A DNA stretch of 64,000 nt from the human T2T-CHM13v2.0 reference genome, Homo sapiens. The translations under genes were made by a program, and so were the position numbers. Shown piece after piece: positions 31,602 to 52,500 of this stretch (within the stretch, counting starts at the first letter, position 1; each line of letters begins with the position of its first letter). Under the pieces are notes generated by a model. That model was not told the origin of the DNA. It saw only the letters and a program-made list of their open reading frames with translations, and did no database searches. The stretch is from NCBI RefSeq assembly GCF_009914755.1, contig NC_060927.1; one strand, written 5' to 3'.

Positions 31602-33885
31602 AAAGAAATTCCTATAGCAGACTAGGGCTTAAAATGTAATTACAGTTATGCCACATCTTAAGCCACAGGTATCTAGTAATTATCTGATTCATTCTTATCC
31701 ATTGGTCAATTACACACACATCTTTCATGAGATACTGCCCCAGCAGAAATAAAACACTAAGATTATTTGTTTCAAAACCACCGATTGACATCTGTCATCC
31801 ACTACCACAAACCCTTGGAAGTGTTATAAAGTGTGGAATTTTAATTGCAGATTAGGGGTAAAATTCTCATTACCCTACTAACTCTGCCCTTAGCGTCATG
31901 TGCATTGGCTTAGGAGGAAAGATGAAAAGACCTAAATAGAGATGGCTAAAAGAGGTGCAGTGAATGATACAAGAATTTACAAATATTTGAGACCTACACA
32001 AATAGAAAGGAGCTTTTCAGCAAGATCATTGTAGACTCTCAAAGTTAGAAAGAACTTGTGAAATCATTGTCAGGTTTACAAAGGGGTTAAAATTAACACA
32101 AAATACTAAAATTTTGGGAGCTTTCTAGTATAAAATAAGCTTAATTTTCAAGAAGAAAAACTTATTTCACATCTTTCTTTAGTTCAACTTTTAAAGTTTC
32201 CAAAGCTACATTTTAAACTCAGTCATTATTTATAGGGAGAAAATACCCATAATAATTATCTCGATAATATGTTCTTTTCCATAGAGTTCCCATGGCATCA
32301 TGAACAAGTTTTCTTTTCCATTTAAACTTTCCATATATTTACAGAGGTCTTAAGACTGCATTATTATCCAGATTTAAGCAGGAAAATAATTACATAGCCT
32401 CATAACTAAATCTGAAAGAAACTAGGGTAGAACTTATGCATAGTGTTTATTTGTAGTTGAGTTGAACTTTTCTATAGAATCATGGGAATCTATGCTTATG
32501 GATTAACTATAGTGTCATCTTCTAGGCAGATGTTTACATCTTATCGTTCTTAGGAATGTCTTGCTGTTTACTGTTGTTTATGATGTTAGCTATGTGTTTA
32601 TCTGTGATCAATAAAACCAGTGTACAACTTGACAAGGGTTTCCTCATAGATGGAAAGGTTGTCTCCTGCCTGTGGCCATAACCTGAAATATTTGACCAAG
32701 TCTTTCTTTCACGAATGTTTCTGGTCAAGTTGATCTGTTTGCTGCTTTTGTTTTCCACAATTTGGTGAACACTCTGCCTTAGTTGTAACTGGCTTCAAAA
32801 TGGCCAATCCATTTGAATATAACATCATATACCCTCAAAACACTTCCAGTTCAGAAGAAAAGTGACTGACAGGGAGAAGCAAAAAACATTGGATTAGCAG
32901 TCAGTGCCTGGTCTGAAGTATGCATTCAATTAAAAAAAATTGGGGGTACAGATGAATAAATTTTAGCCACAGCAACATCTAAGAGAACTTGAGCAAGTCA
33001 CTTCATCACTTTGGTCCCATTTATCTATTAAGAAAAACTCTACTCCATTGACCTCAAGTTACCATAAAGGGACTTTCACTAAAACACTGATTATCACCCT
33101 CACTGGGAAACCAAGTCACCTACAAGAGCTTCTACAACTACGGATGCCAAGACTCTATCTTTAGAGATCAAGTTTCAATTGGTCTGGGGATGGTGTCTTT
33201 GTATCTGTATATTTTGAAAGCTTTTCTGGTGATTCTACTGTTCAGCAAGGTTTGAAAATAGCTGCCCAGAGGAAACACTTTCCAACATCTTTTTCCTCCC
33301 TGTGGGATAAAGACTTAATTCATCTGCTTAGATGGCCGAAGACTGAAGATAATTGGTCTAGTTTCTCTACTGGGCAGCACTAAGGGGTTTAAGAATTTAC
33401 CTGTGCTCCTTTGGATCTGTCTGCCCAAAGTGGTATGTTCTGGGCAGTAGTATAGAATACTATCCAGGGGTAGACTCAGTCCTCGCAGGGGAAGCCTGTG
33501 ATTTTGGTTGGTTACATTCAATTTAATTAAGGGAAAGAATATAAGCAGCTCAATTCTGATTTGATAGAGCTGGTATTTTGTTCCCTATCTCAGGTCAATG
33601 TCAATTTCTTAGTTGATTTCAAACGGCAGAAGGAAGGGGGAAGGCTTTGATAAACCACATGAACGTACGTCACCAAATCTACCTCAGCAGTGTCATGACG
33701 ATTAAATAAGATAGCCTCTTGAATGTGCTTTAAAGAGGTACCCAGCTGTTTACTCTTAAAGTCATCACCAGATCTAAAATTCTGAATACATTGAGATATA
33801 GTGCAGATCGCATCACTTCAATACTAGTAGGCCTGTTATTGTGGAGTACTAATACTGTTACTGATTTCCTGTTACAGCATATTAA

Positions 33886-34219
<334 letters not shown>

Positions 34220-34580
34220 GAAACAAGTCTTGAAGCGGTAATCTGAAAGCCTGGATTCAAGATTCAGCCATATGGATTCTAGAAAAAGTTTCTTTCGATT
34301 TGAATTTTTTTCATTTTTCAAACAAGTGTGTCAATTTCAGATTTCTAAAGTTTCTTCTAGCTCTAATATTCTACGGGATTCTGACAGATTGTTCATGAAG
34401 CTGGAAGTGACTGGTGTGATGGATGGAACATGCCCGTCATACATATCCCCAGAAATGTTCTGGCTTTATATTTGGTATCTGCAAAGAATTAGACAAGTCA
34501 TTTAAGAGTAAAATGTTCTTGTGGCACTAATGCTATGGAGACTAGGTGGATTAGAGAACGGTTTTACCTTTAAGAAAGGA

Positions 34581-35216
<636 letters not shown>

Positions 35217-35289
35217 TCAAACACATACACTCTATGTGTTTTCTCTTCTCCCTCAAATTTTTTGGGCCTGTCTTTGCCAAGCAGTCATC

Positions 35290-35632
35290 TGTATTAGCCC
35301 ATTTTCATACTGCTATGAAGAAATATCCGAGACTGGGTAATTTATAAAGAAAAAGGCTTAATGGACTTACAATTCCACATGGCTGGGGAGGCCTCACAAT
35401 CACGGTGGAGGGCAAAGGAGGAAAGGCACATCTTAAGTGGCAGCAGGCTTGTGCAGGAGAACTGCCCTAGTGAGTAAATCTCCTGAGACTTACTCACTAT
35501 CACAAGAATAGCATGGGAAAACCCGCCCCATGATTCAATTACCTCCCACTGGGTCCCTCCCATGACACGTGGGGATTATGGGTGCTACAATTCAAGATGA
35601 GATTTGGGTGGCAACACAGCCAAACCATATCA
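35290..35632 (-). mobile_element. THE1-type (MaLR) solo LTR
   Basis: TGTATTAGCCCATTTTCATACTGCTATGAAGAAATA...CAGCCAAACCATATCA; near-perfect 5-bp TSD (T/C)CATC. Confidence 0.88.
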
Positions 35633-36154
35633 CCATCCTATATATTAACCAGGGAAGTGCTGAGTTTCTTCCATCTTAGCACATTTGAAACATTAGCTGT
35701 TTTGCAAAGTACATGTCCTTCCTATCCACTCTGTTTACCCCAACTTAAAACCACAATATTTTTCCATATCCTGGAATCTAGAAAAATGTCAGGTGCCAAA
35801 ATAATGGCACTATAAAATATTGGTATGAAGTGCTATGTCAATGAGCTCAGTTAGAACTATATTACTGTGGGTTAAGACTGTGTGATTCTGTACTAAATAC
35901 AAGAAGTAACTGGCCTTAGTCAGCAAGATGATGTCACCAATTTCTTATTAGAGCATGCACCCGTAAGTCTATTGAGACTGTGGAAGCAGAAGGAAGACTA
36001 GAAGACAAGTCCAATTTATCTTTTATCCATTGCATCTAGAACAGAGTCAATGTTAGTACATATTTAATGTATGTATTCAATGATGTAACAAGTAATCAGG
36101 CAAATATCAACATTATAGAGACTTTAATATAGAACTGGATTCCAACAAAACAGT

Positions 36155-36160
36155 TTTATT
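36155..36160 (-). terminator. LRRC58: Probable distal polyadenylation signal (AATAAA) of LRRC58
   Basis: TTTATT on the + strand near the end of the AT-rich, UTR-like block; consistent with my recollection of a long LRRC58 3'UTR. Confidence 0.6.
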
Positions 36161-37682
36161 AAAATAAGGCACAATGTTTGATATGGCAAAATTCACAGAG
36201 GATTGGTTAATATAAGATCTTTTGTACGTCCTGGGGGAGGGGGAAGAAGGTGGTAGAATTGAAGTAGCCCATATATTCTTTTAAGAGCATTTAGCATTAC
36301 AAGGCAATATATAAATTTGATATTAATATAATAAACAATAACTTATCCTAAATATAAAAATTGTTGAATCATGTTGCTGAATTACACTTATTTCTACCAT
36401 TAAGTTTTACTTATTTATCTATAGATGTAGATATTCCTAATTTGCAAGATTTCAAATACAGAAAATTAAGAAATCAGATCATAAAAAGTAATTTGACCCA
36501 AGTAAAAGTATGTTTTCAGTACCCTTCGTTAATACTTTGACATCCCAAACTTTACAAAAACTTACAATGCTGCTTATCTAAAACTTTTCTCCCATTATGT
36601 TTTTGTTTCTCATGAATACAAAGCAGGCTCAGAAATGCAAAAAACCTCAACTGCAGGCACACGTCTTTACATGATTGTTGTAAAGTGACTGTTTAGGTTA
36701 ATATTCTTTCTCAATATCACAACAATGTTAACAATTTAAGTTAGTGAAAGGATTCTCTTAAACATAAGCGGTAGACATAATTAACCAATTTAGTCATGTT
36801 TTTGCAATACTGCAACAGCAATGTCAATCTTATCCCCGTATCTTCCAACAGCTGGAACTTACAATAAAAAAGTCTTATCCAATTTATTCACAGCCAAAGG
36901 AACAAGTACATTCTGGTGAATGCAGATGTTCTTTCCACCATAGGTTTGTGGTATGACAGTATATAAATAACCTTCATTAAACTAATACACTTTAATATTT
37001 ACTGGATTGAATACTATCCTTTACAACAACTATTGAGAAAGACTAATGTTAGGTAAAAGTCTAGTAGCACCCAAATCAATATTGCCCTGTGAGTGTTCAA
37101 TAATATGTAGAGTTCATTAGTGAACTGTTTTTTAAATATCAATTCTTAGTAAATATAGACCAAGAAGAGATAGAAAAAGAATGGGAGATATTTACATACA
37201 AAAGTATTCAAACATGTCTCACTTTCAACCTATATTACAAAGAAAACCAGTGGCAAAATATGCTAAGCCTTACAATATCTTCATAAGATGCTATAAATAT
37301 GAAGTTGGTTAGAAACTGCTGTCATTCTTTGGTGGCACCAGATAAATTTTTTAAATAATATATAACAGAACATATCTTTTCAGTGATTTTATTTCAGGGG
37401 ACCCTGATTCTTATGACTTTGACATCCTGGGACAGAATGCATGGTAGAGGTTCCCTCCCCAGAAGTCCTAGACTGATACACATTAGGCCATTTTATGAGA
37501 AGGAATCTGTCAGGATCACAGTCTTTCTCCCTCAAATCAAATGAAAAAGGTAACAAGGCTGTCACAAACAACTTATTAAATAATATAGCTCTCCAAACTT
37601 TGGGTCTAGAGTAGAGGATTTAAGGCACATACTTCCTGACCACAACTGAAATCATGATACCTTTAAAAAGATACGACTATGA

Positions 37683-39580
<1,898 letters not shown>

Positions 39581-42282
39581 GTCTTTACTTTTAAATGTGG
39601 TAACTTGAAGCTCTAAATATCAAGAATTTTTGAACAAGAGACACTTCAGCACACATTTAGAAGTAAAATATAACCAGTCGCCTTTGGATTTACCTCCACT
39701 ACTCAAATACTAGAATACTGAGGACCGTAGCCTGAGGACCATAGCCAGCTGGTCCTTAATGTCAGCCAATCCCTGGCACCCTGGAATCAATGTATCATAT
39801 TCACTAATCTTCCTATTGCCCAGAATCTTAGCACTATTTCACCAATTCAGTTTGGTGATGCTGAGAGAATTGATTCTAGGGATAAAGACTACTAAGAATG
39901 CACAATGTACTAATTCCAATTTCAAATACTAGCACTGAAGAATGCCATTCTAAATATATTAATGTTATGCTTAGGCAGTTTTATCCATAGTTTTGGTCAC
40001 TAAAATCGTCCAAGTAGAGCAATATCAAAAACTTATTTCATTATAAAAATTAGACTTCGCTAATTCTGTCTTTTAAAAACCCCAATTAAAGTTCATTTAC
40101 TGTAATTAACAAACAAATATATGACTTAAGAACTAAAGAGACAGACTTATTTTAAATGCATAGTTAGCTACATGACTTGGGAGCTGATTATCTGGTTTCT
40201 AGATTATGAAGTCCCTTGTATTTGACTTCTGATTAATTTCTCCAATCAGTTATGAGAAAAGGAAAGGTAGGAAAAAGAAACAGGGAAAATCTTAGAAATT
40301 ATTAGCTGCTCTTACAAAAGTTTAGGTCAAAGATTTAAGAAAGATAAAACCGACGGCTAAATGTAGACTTCATTAAAAATTACCAAAAGACAGTTGTATG
40401 CTGATCATAGAGTTTTCAACTATACATAGAACCATAACATTTTGTTGAAATAATACTGTGGTATACATCTATATTCTTATATGCAAAGGCCAGAAACTGT
40501 CTCTGGTTGGACCTATTTACATCTGTAAAAGATGAAGCAGTAGACCTTTCTAGGAAGCTGGAAAGGGTATGTAAGATTATATATTTACATACCTATCCAT
40601 TTATTTTACGAAGACTAACTCTTAGAAGACTACTCAAGCAGTTACTTAAGTCAAGCTGGTAATTGATTAGGAAGTAGGCATAAGCATTTAGGCCAGAAAA
40701 AATTGGTCCTATCAATTTGAGTATTTTACTATGAATACATTATTTTCTATGAAAATATCTTATGTATCTTAGGTAAGTCACTTATTTACAAAACATTTTA
40801 CATTTGTCACTTAGGCACAGCCTAAGTCATCTTTACCTTTCATAACTGTACAGTCTGCAGCTTGCTGTGGCCCACATGGAGAAGTAAGCAAAGACTTTAT
40901 ACCTCTATTTTATGATATAATCACCTATGTATTACTCTTCTAGGCAGTAGGAACATATTAGATTACCTCTATAGACATAGAAAATTTCTGAGTCAAAAGG
41001 AAAACAAAATCTTACTACATTATAACAAGGTAAAGGTGAAGGGATTCATTCTATAGCAGCGTTTCACATCTGCAGTTCATGAAACTCTCATGTTTCATGA
41101 ATTAATATACAAATAAACACATAAACCCTGAATTATGCTAGTTTCTTCTAAAATAAAAAATATATATGAAAAAAACCCTAATACATGTATATGTTATTAT
41201 ACAACAATCTGCTTTTAAGAAATGGTGTGCCATGAATGCCAGAAATCAGAAAAGGTATCACCTGATGTTCTAATGCCTATCTGATCTGTATAACATTTCT
41301 TACTGTAGGTTTAACATTAACCAACAAGTCATGTTATTAGTTATTTAATGATTACCAGTAAGCACTTACTTTATATCAACTTATAGTTGTACTATTATTC
41401 AATTTGTATTGCATATTAAAGTACTTAATAAAAATTTGGTAATTTCTAATAGCAATTAATTTGTGAAACTATTTTCCTGCTATACATTAAGGATACAATA
41501 TATTTAATAATTTTTTTCTATTTTATTAATACTTTATTTTCAAAAATGCTTCCATAGTTAAAGTAGTTCTGGAAACTGTTCCATTAGGTATAAGGACAAT
41601 GACTCCTTTTCTCCATTTTTATTTGGCTTGTTGTGATGTTTTTCTAGTTGTATTAGTTTTTCTTTAAAAAGTAGAGAAAGATGGTCCAGTACATGACATG
41701 GGTGAGAGTCATATTTTTTCCCTACCCATTTAATGCAAGATATAAAGAAGCTTTCCTAGCTTCTATCTCTTTTAGAATTTTCTGTTAAAAATTCTTACTC
41801 TGTCTTACGATGAACAGATTGATGAAGATTGTGGCCTACCATTAAGTGTAAAAGTAATGTGCTTATAAGGGATGAGTGCACATTTAAACAAAAAAATGTT
41901 AAGAGGGCCATGAGATCGGATATTAGATACACAGTTATTTACCTAGTTCTGTTAAAGAATATTTTACAATGTTCTGCATGGTATGTCAGGTTATAGGTTG
42001 CTCTGGCATTACTTCTTGAATACATTTTTATATCCTTGCTGGATTAAGGCACTATAACAGTCATTGCTAGATTACATAAGGTTAATAGCAATCATATAGA
42101 ACAAAGGATAATAATGAAAAAGTTTTAATATCTCATGTAAATGTTATATGCCTTACTTTACCAGTTAGTTTGTCAGAAAGGTTTGTCCCATGTAACCATC
42201 TGTGAGCTTCTTTGAATAGTTCTGTAATCTAGACATACAGGCAATTAGAAAAGGGAGGGTTAATCCTGTTTATGGCATATAA

Positions 42283-42328
42283 TATATATGGTATATATAG
42301 TATATATGGTATATAGTATATATGGTAT
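42283..42328. repeat. Short TA-rich tandem repeat (TATATATGG/TATATAG units)
   Basis: ATATATATGGTATATATAGTATATATGGTATATAGTATATATGGTATA. Confidence 0.8.
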
Positions 42329-42737
42329 ACAGTGTTCTACCTAAACCCAAGGGCAACTCTGGCAATTATAGCTTTGATAATTTCTCACTTTCTCCATCTC
42401 AATGTCCAAAAGTTATACTACTCATGACTTATTGCAGAACTGCTCTTCAAAAGGTACCATTCTGCTTTGTGATTCATGCAAAACTTGAGTGAAAACTGCA
42501 AACCATCAGCCAAATGTGAAACTATCATTCACAAATTATGTTAAAATAATCTAAACATGGGACTGGACTCATTCTTGCTGAATGGGTAGATGAAACACAA
42601 AATGTTTTATATCATCCCAGACTCTTTGATGAACACTTAAGATGAAGATAAGATTTCTAGTGAACTTCAAGCTCTATTTTCTTGTCTAACCATTTTGCTC
42701 AGTTTTTTAAGTATTTCACAACACTGTGCACTCCTGT

Positions 42738-42946
42738 TCAACCAAGAAGAACTTTCTGCATTCTGCGTGCAGCAACACTAGCTTCATCTTCTGAGTCAGA
42801 TTCACTCTGGGAAGTGGAGCTGTGAGAGGCAGAACTGCAAGGGGAAGAACATTCTGGTGAACACAAGTAGTGCATCAGTGGGAGGCGATACTTCCCACAG
42901 AAGTCCACAAATTTAATTTGTCTGACACAGCAGTCAAAGTAGACTC
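42738..42946 (-). CDS. LRRC58: LRRC58 coding exon 4 (Cys-rich module, Ser/acidic tail, stop)
   Basis: Acceptor TTTAG|GA GTC TAC TTT; encodes GVYFDCCVRQIKFVDFCGKYRLPLMHYLCSPEC...RRMQKVLLG*; 209 nt; total CDS 1116 nt. Confidence 0.96.
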
Positions 42947-44293
42947 CTAAAGAGAAGAAGGAATAGAAAGTAATCATTACAAAGCAAGGAATCAATTTCT
43001 TTTTCAGCCCTTTCTCCAGTGTTCTGGAGAAATGTCATACACCATCTTCTGTTATGAATCTTAAGCAGAAGTAGTACTTGCTTGTATAGCTGTCTATAAG
43101 CCTACTGGAAGGTCTTAAAGGTAGAATCTGGGTGCAAAGAGGTAACCAGGACATTTATCTTAAAGGGAGCAGGCACAGAAAGGACACTGTGTACCTAGCT
43201 TCTTTTCTCTGGGAGACTTGGGGCAATGGCTGATGGAGATTTTAGGACACCTGAGGTGCCCTTTCTCTATTACCCAAGCCACCCCCTTGGTACTACCCTA
43301 CAGTCACAGACTAAAACAAAACAACATAAAAACTCCTTTAATAATTATCTTAAAGAATTAGTATACGAAAAATTTTCAGAAAGGGGATGACTTTTGGCAC
43401 TCCTGTTCTTATGTACTGGGAAGGCAAAATTTAAAGAAATAAATGCCATTTTACATTTCCAAAGACTGTAAATCTACAGGCCTCAAATCTGTTTCACTGA
43501 TGATCTCACTTGATTCTCATACAATTACACATCGTCAGGTAAACTGAAAGTAATATCTGGCCCTTTTGATTCCTAGGTTAGTGCTCCTCGACTGTGGCCC
43601 TTCAGTTAAGTAAAAACAGAGCTAGAGCTGAGAGGAAAGCAGATGTTGCTGTGCCTCTGGATTCTAGCTGGTCCTTAAAATGATACTGCAAATCTCTAAG
43701 ACAAAGACTGTCACAATGGTTGCAGTATAACCAGAACATCTAGAATTTTGGTCCAATCACCTCTCTGGAGAGGAATCTCAAGCTCTATACTCTGCCTAAG
43801 TTTCTTCTGGCACCAAATACTGTGTGTTTATCACATAAGGGACCAAAATTAAAAGATGTGGTCCAAGCAAAGGAAAAACAATGAATTCTACTTCTATTTT
43901 TTTCCTGATATCTCAACTAACCATGTAGTTTTTTTTTGATCTTGTAGTAAGTATAAAAAAGGCGAAATTTGTGGTACATTACTCTGAATGATTGAGGAAA
44001 GTAAATACATTCAATAAGTTGGTCAGTCATAGACCGATAATAAATCCCCTAAAATGTGTTAGCTTCTTGAAAACAGATGAAAGAAATAAAATAAAGCATT
44101 ATGGGAGTTACTACGAACTAAAGCAGTATAACACTATCTTGTGATTTATAAGATTTCAGATTATACAAAGAAAAGTATCTCTGAGAATATAAAAGTACTT
44201 TTGTTTAAGTTACAGTTTAATAACTAACGAATTTGAGGGGGAAAATGTCTAATGGTTCATTTCATAGATTATCTCAAATTTTAAACTGATACT

Positions 44294-44725
44294 TTTTTTT
44301 TTTAAGAGACAGGGTTTCACTGTGTCACCCAGGCTGGAGTGCAGTGACATGATCACAACTCATGGGACCCTTGAACTCCTGGACCCAAGCCATCCTCTTA
44401 CCTCAGCCTCCTGAGTAGCTGGGACGACAAGCACATGCCACTATGCCCAACTAATGTTTATATTTTTTGTAGAGATGGGGTCTCGCTATGTTGCCTAGGC
44501 TGGTCTCAAACTCCTGGGCTTAAGAGATCCTCTTGCCTCGAATGGCGTGAACCCCGGAGGCGGAGCTTGCAGTGAGCCGAGATTGTGCCACTGCACTCCA
44601 GCCTGGGCAATACAGCGAGACTCCGTCTCAAAAAAAAAAAAAAAGAAAAAAAAAAAGAGATCCTTCTGCCTCAGCCTCCCAAAGTGATAGAATTACAGAC
44701 AGGCATGAGCCACCACACTCGGCCT
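44294..44725 (-). mobile_element. AluJ (minus) containing an oppositely oriented 5'-truncated AluY (44540-44654, plus)
   Basis: Inner GAATGGCGTGAACCCCGGAGGCGGAGCTTGC...poly-A; 18-bp TSD AAGAGATCCT(CT/TC)TGCCTC (44522-44539/44655-44672). Confidence 0.88.
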
Positions 44726-45760
44726 TAAGCTGGTAATTTTTAAAGCATTTTTGTTCCTAAGATAAATGGCACATCAGTATACTAAAGAAGTCATTAAGGA
44801 AATATTTAAGAGAGAAAAGAGAATTCCTGTAGAGGTCCATTTCCAGAAAAGCATGAATTCAAAGGAGATTTAGACTTTCAGGCCTGAGGGCCTGGTGTGA
44901 ATGCTGCCCTATGTGTTTTCCTCTGTCACTGTGAAAGCTAATTTAGGAATGGAGAATCAGAGAAAAGCACAGTGCTGCAATCTCTACTTCTAAGAGTGGG
45001 TGGCCAGAAATGATCCAGAGCATTATCTTTTTTAAACTCAAAGTGTCTTTTTTATCTTTTAACAATCTTTGAAGAATTTGATAATTTTCTCCCTTTTAAC
45101 CTTGTAATAGCTTCAAGACAAGATCGGACTGCCAGAGAAAGTCTCACCTGGTTTTGATCATCATTATGCAGCATTTCCTCAGTACCTACTGGATTTTTTA
45201 AAAGTAGTCTTTTATGAGGGAGCCAAAGTGAAAAATGACCTACTATCAGTCACTAATTCTCACCCACACACCCTGGCCCTTCAGGCTCTTCACAACCAGG
45301 ACTCAATGTAGCTTTTCACTCTCATTACTCCCCTAACCTTACATTTGGAGCAAATTACTACTCATCCAACAGTCTGCCCCATACTCTTCTGTCTCCACTT
45401 TGTACTCGCCATCTGAAAAATTTCCTATCCTCAATTTTATCCTATCAAAATCTAATTCATACCTCAAGAATTAGCTCATTGTTTCCAGATCTAATTAAAT
45501 ATACTCTCCCCCTCCTTTGATTTCCAGAAGCATTTTGAATTCCTTGGGATACTTACCTGACTCTGCCTTATATCATTTGCATAATTCTCTTCAAATGCTC
45601 TAAACTCAAGACATTTTGAACCATGGACTTAAAAGAATATAAAGTTTTGGGTACATTCTGTAACTGGCACACATTCAGCCCATTCTCATACATCTTGATT
45701 AAATCTGATACAGGGAATGGTGAGTCTAAGAAAACATCATTCAAATAAATATAAAAGGTG

Positions 45761-46146
<386 letters not shown>

Positions 46147-46396
46147 TCATTTTACCATCTTGATTTATTATCGTATGTCAAGACAGGATGAGACTTCCTG
46201 GGTATGTTCCTTATGTATGAATCCTAAAATATTATGAAAAAGAATTTTTTAAAAAACCCAGAGTGAAATGTCTTTCTCATAAATGAGTGAAAAAATAAAG
46301 GGAACAGAAACAGAGACTGCTTTTGTCTGAAAGAAGACTTAATTAATTTAAAAAATAGCTAAATAAGTGGGAAACATGAATACTGAATTAACTTAC

Positions 46397-46674
46397 CTCC
46401 ACACTTTGGGTTTGGGCAATTGCTGGCTGAACCCAAGTATCTAAGAAGATTTCCAGGAAGATCATAGGGAGTGTAGGAAATATTTCGAATCTTAATGGTC
46501 CGTGCAGCTAATTCCAGGAGAGTTGGAGGATCATAGGTTAAATCTCTAACAAAACGAACAACCAATGGATTTCCTCGTAAACTCAACTCTTCCAAATGAA
46601 TAAGGTTGAGGATCTCTCGAGGCAGATATGTCAGCAAGTTATTGTGAAGACTTAGGGAACGAAGTGAATGTAAC
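46397..46674 (-). CDS. LRRC58: LRRC58 coding exon 3 (last two LRRs, SOCS/BC-box, first Cys pair)
   Basis: Acceptor TTCTAG|GTTA and donor GGAG|GTAAGT; 278 nt; LHSLRSLSLHNNLLTYLPREI...PPTLLELAARTI...CPNPKCG. Confidence 0.96.
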
Positions 46675-47359
46675 CTAGAATAAATGTAGTAGAAAAATCA
46701 ATGGCAGTAAACAACGTAACTATCAAAAATATTGAATATATGTGTGTATACAGAACTTGATTTCCCCTTAAGAATGAGCAATTAAGATTAAGGTCAATTG
46801 AAGTAAAATAAAAAGGTGCTGAAACTAGATCAAAGTGCAGATTTGTAAATGTCATGAAGGACTTTTGCCCTTGCAATCTTGGCGAATTTAGAATACTTAG
46901 AGAATGTTCTGATGTGCTAACTGCTGTAAAACCTAGATTTGAAGATTTGGGGGTGGGCAGTGGGCATGCTTTCTCATTCAGATATCTAAAAAAAGGAAAG
47001 ATTTCAAATGCAACAGAAATTAAGATCCTTCATATTATAAAGCCTAATTAGGATAGAAATGTTTCATATCAAATATAAAATCACTAAAAGTCTCATAAAA
47101 CCTAGGGAAATGTATGCTAATACTCAATTCTTTGATTACAGAAAATAGACTGAACAAATATTTTGAAGAATAAACCAGAGCATTTAAAAGTGAAATTAAA
47201 AAAACTCAGCTTGCAGCAAACCTCAGAACTATAATTAACATATCACTTACTTTGAGAATATCTAATTCTTTTCTACATATAAAAACATGTGAGTGAATAC
47301 AAGACAATAATTACTAAGCATAGATGTCTGCGTATATACAAATGCCTGGAACTACTCAC

Positions 47360-47488
47360 TGTGAAAGTTGAGGAGGTATGCTTTGGATTTTGTTGTCACA
47401 TAATACCAAATAATTCAGAGAAGGCAGATTTCCTAATTCTGGTGGGATTTCTTTAATGAAATTTCCTCCAAGATATAAACACTCTAAA
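47360..47488 (-). CDS. LRRC58: LRRC58 coding exon 2 (two LRRs)
   Basis: Acceptor TTGCAG|TTTA and donor CA|GTGAGT; 129 nt, phase 2-2; LECLYLGGNFIKEIPPELGNLPSLNYLVLCDNKIQSIPPQLS. Confidence 0.96.
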
Positions 47489-47569
47489 CTGCAAAAATAA
47501 ATGAACAAAACCAAAAAAGTAAATAAAGTTGAAAAAGATACCCCATTGTGTCTACTACAAAAAACACGT

Positions 47570-50500
<2,931 letters not shown>

Positions 50501-51389
50501 ATGACAGATTTGCCTGGTACATCATTTCCTATCCCTTTACTTATAACTTATTGGTGTATTTTTATTTTAAGTGTAAATTTTTATAAATGAAGCATAATTT
50601 GAAGATTGATATGTTCGGACTTGTGTTTTCTATTATCATGGTGTCTCTCCACATACCTTTTCCCTTTAGTTCTGCTTCTTATTGTGCTCCTCAAGTTTAT
50701 TTTTGTTCTTTTCCCTCTACTTCTACTGTTTTGAACTGTATATGCTATTTCTATTTTGCCAGGAGTTACCCCCTTCAATTTTCGTTGTACTCTCTCAGTC
50801 TCAAACACATACCCATGCTCTCTTCTGTCCTTCTCTTCATATCATCTTCTAGAATTAGTTCTACCCCGATTTTCTACCAATTTATTTTATTTCCAATCAG
50901 TACATTGATTCAGATTTATCAATATGTTTTACCAATTTTATCATTTTTTTTGGAGGCTTGTTATTTAAGGTTCATTTTTCTTGGAGTACATCCTTCAGAA
51001 GTTCTTTCAGCAAGAACTCATGGTTGTTAATCTTTGAGTCCTTTGTTTCTGGTGTTTTAACTTTTTCCCCTCACTCTTGAGTAATAGTTTAGCTGGGCAT
51101 AAAATTTCAGATTGGCAGTTACTTTTCCTTGGCACTACGAAGATGCTGCTCCGTTATCTTATTACAGCCAATATTACTATTGTTCCTTTGTAGGTAATCT
51201 TTTTTTTCTTTCCTCAATAGGAGTAAAGATTTTTTCTTATTCATCTTTAATGTTCTAAAGTTTTACTACGACATGTTAAGATATCAGTTTAGAGAGCTCC
51301 CTTTCTTTAACTGTGGGAAATTTCAGCCACCATTACTTCACACATTGTTTTTCTTTCATTGTCTTTCTAGAATTGCTCTTAACAGTTTT

Positions 51390-52500
<1,111 letters not shown>

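Noticed and set aside
42730-42740. Stop-codon readthrough or selenocysteine at the LRRC58 TGA
   Set aside because: Context is TGA-ACAG, not the TGA-CTAG readthrough motif, and I could not identify a SECIS element by eye
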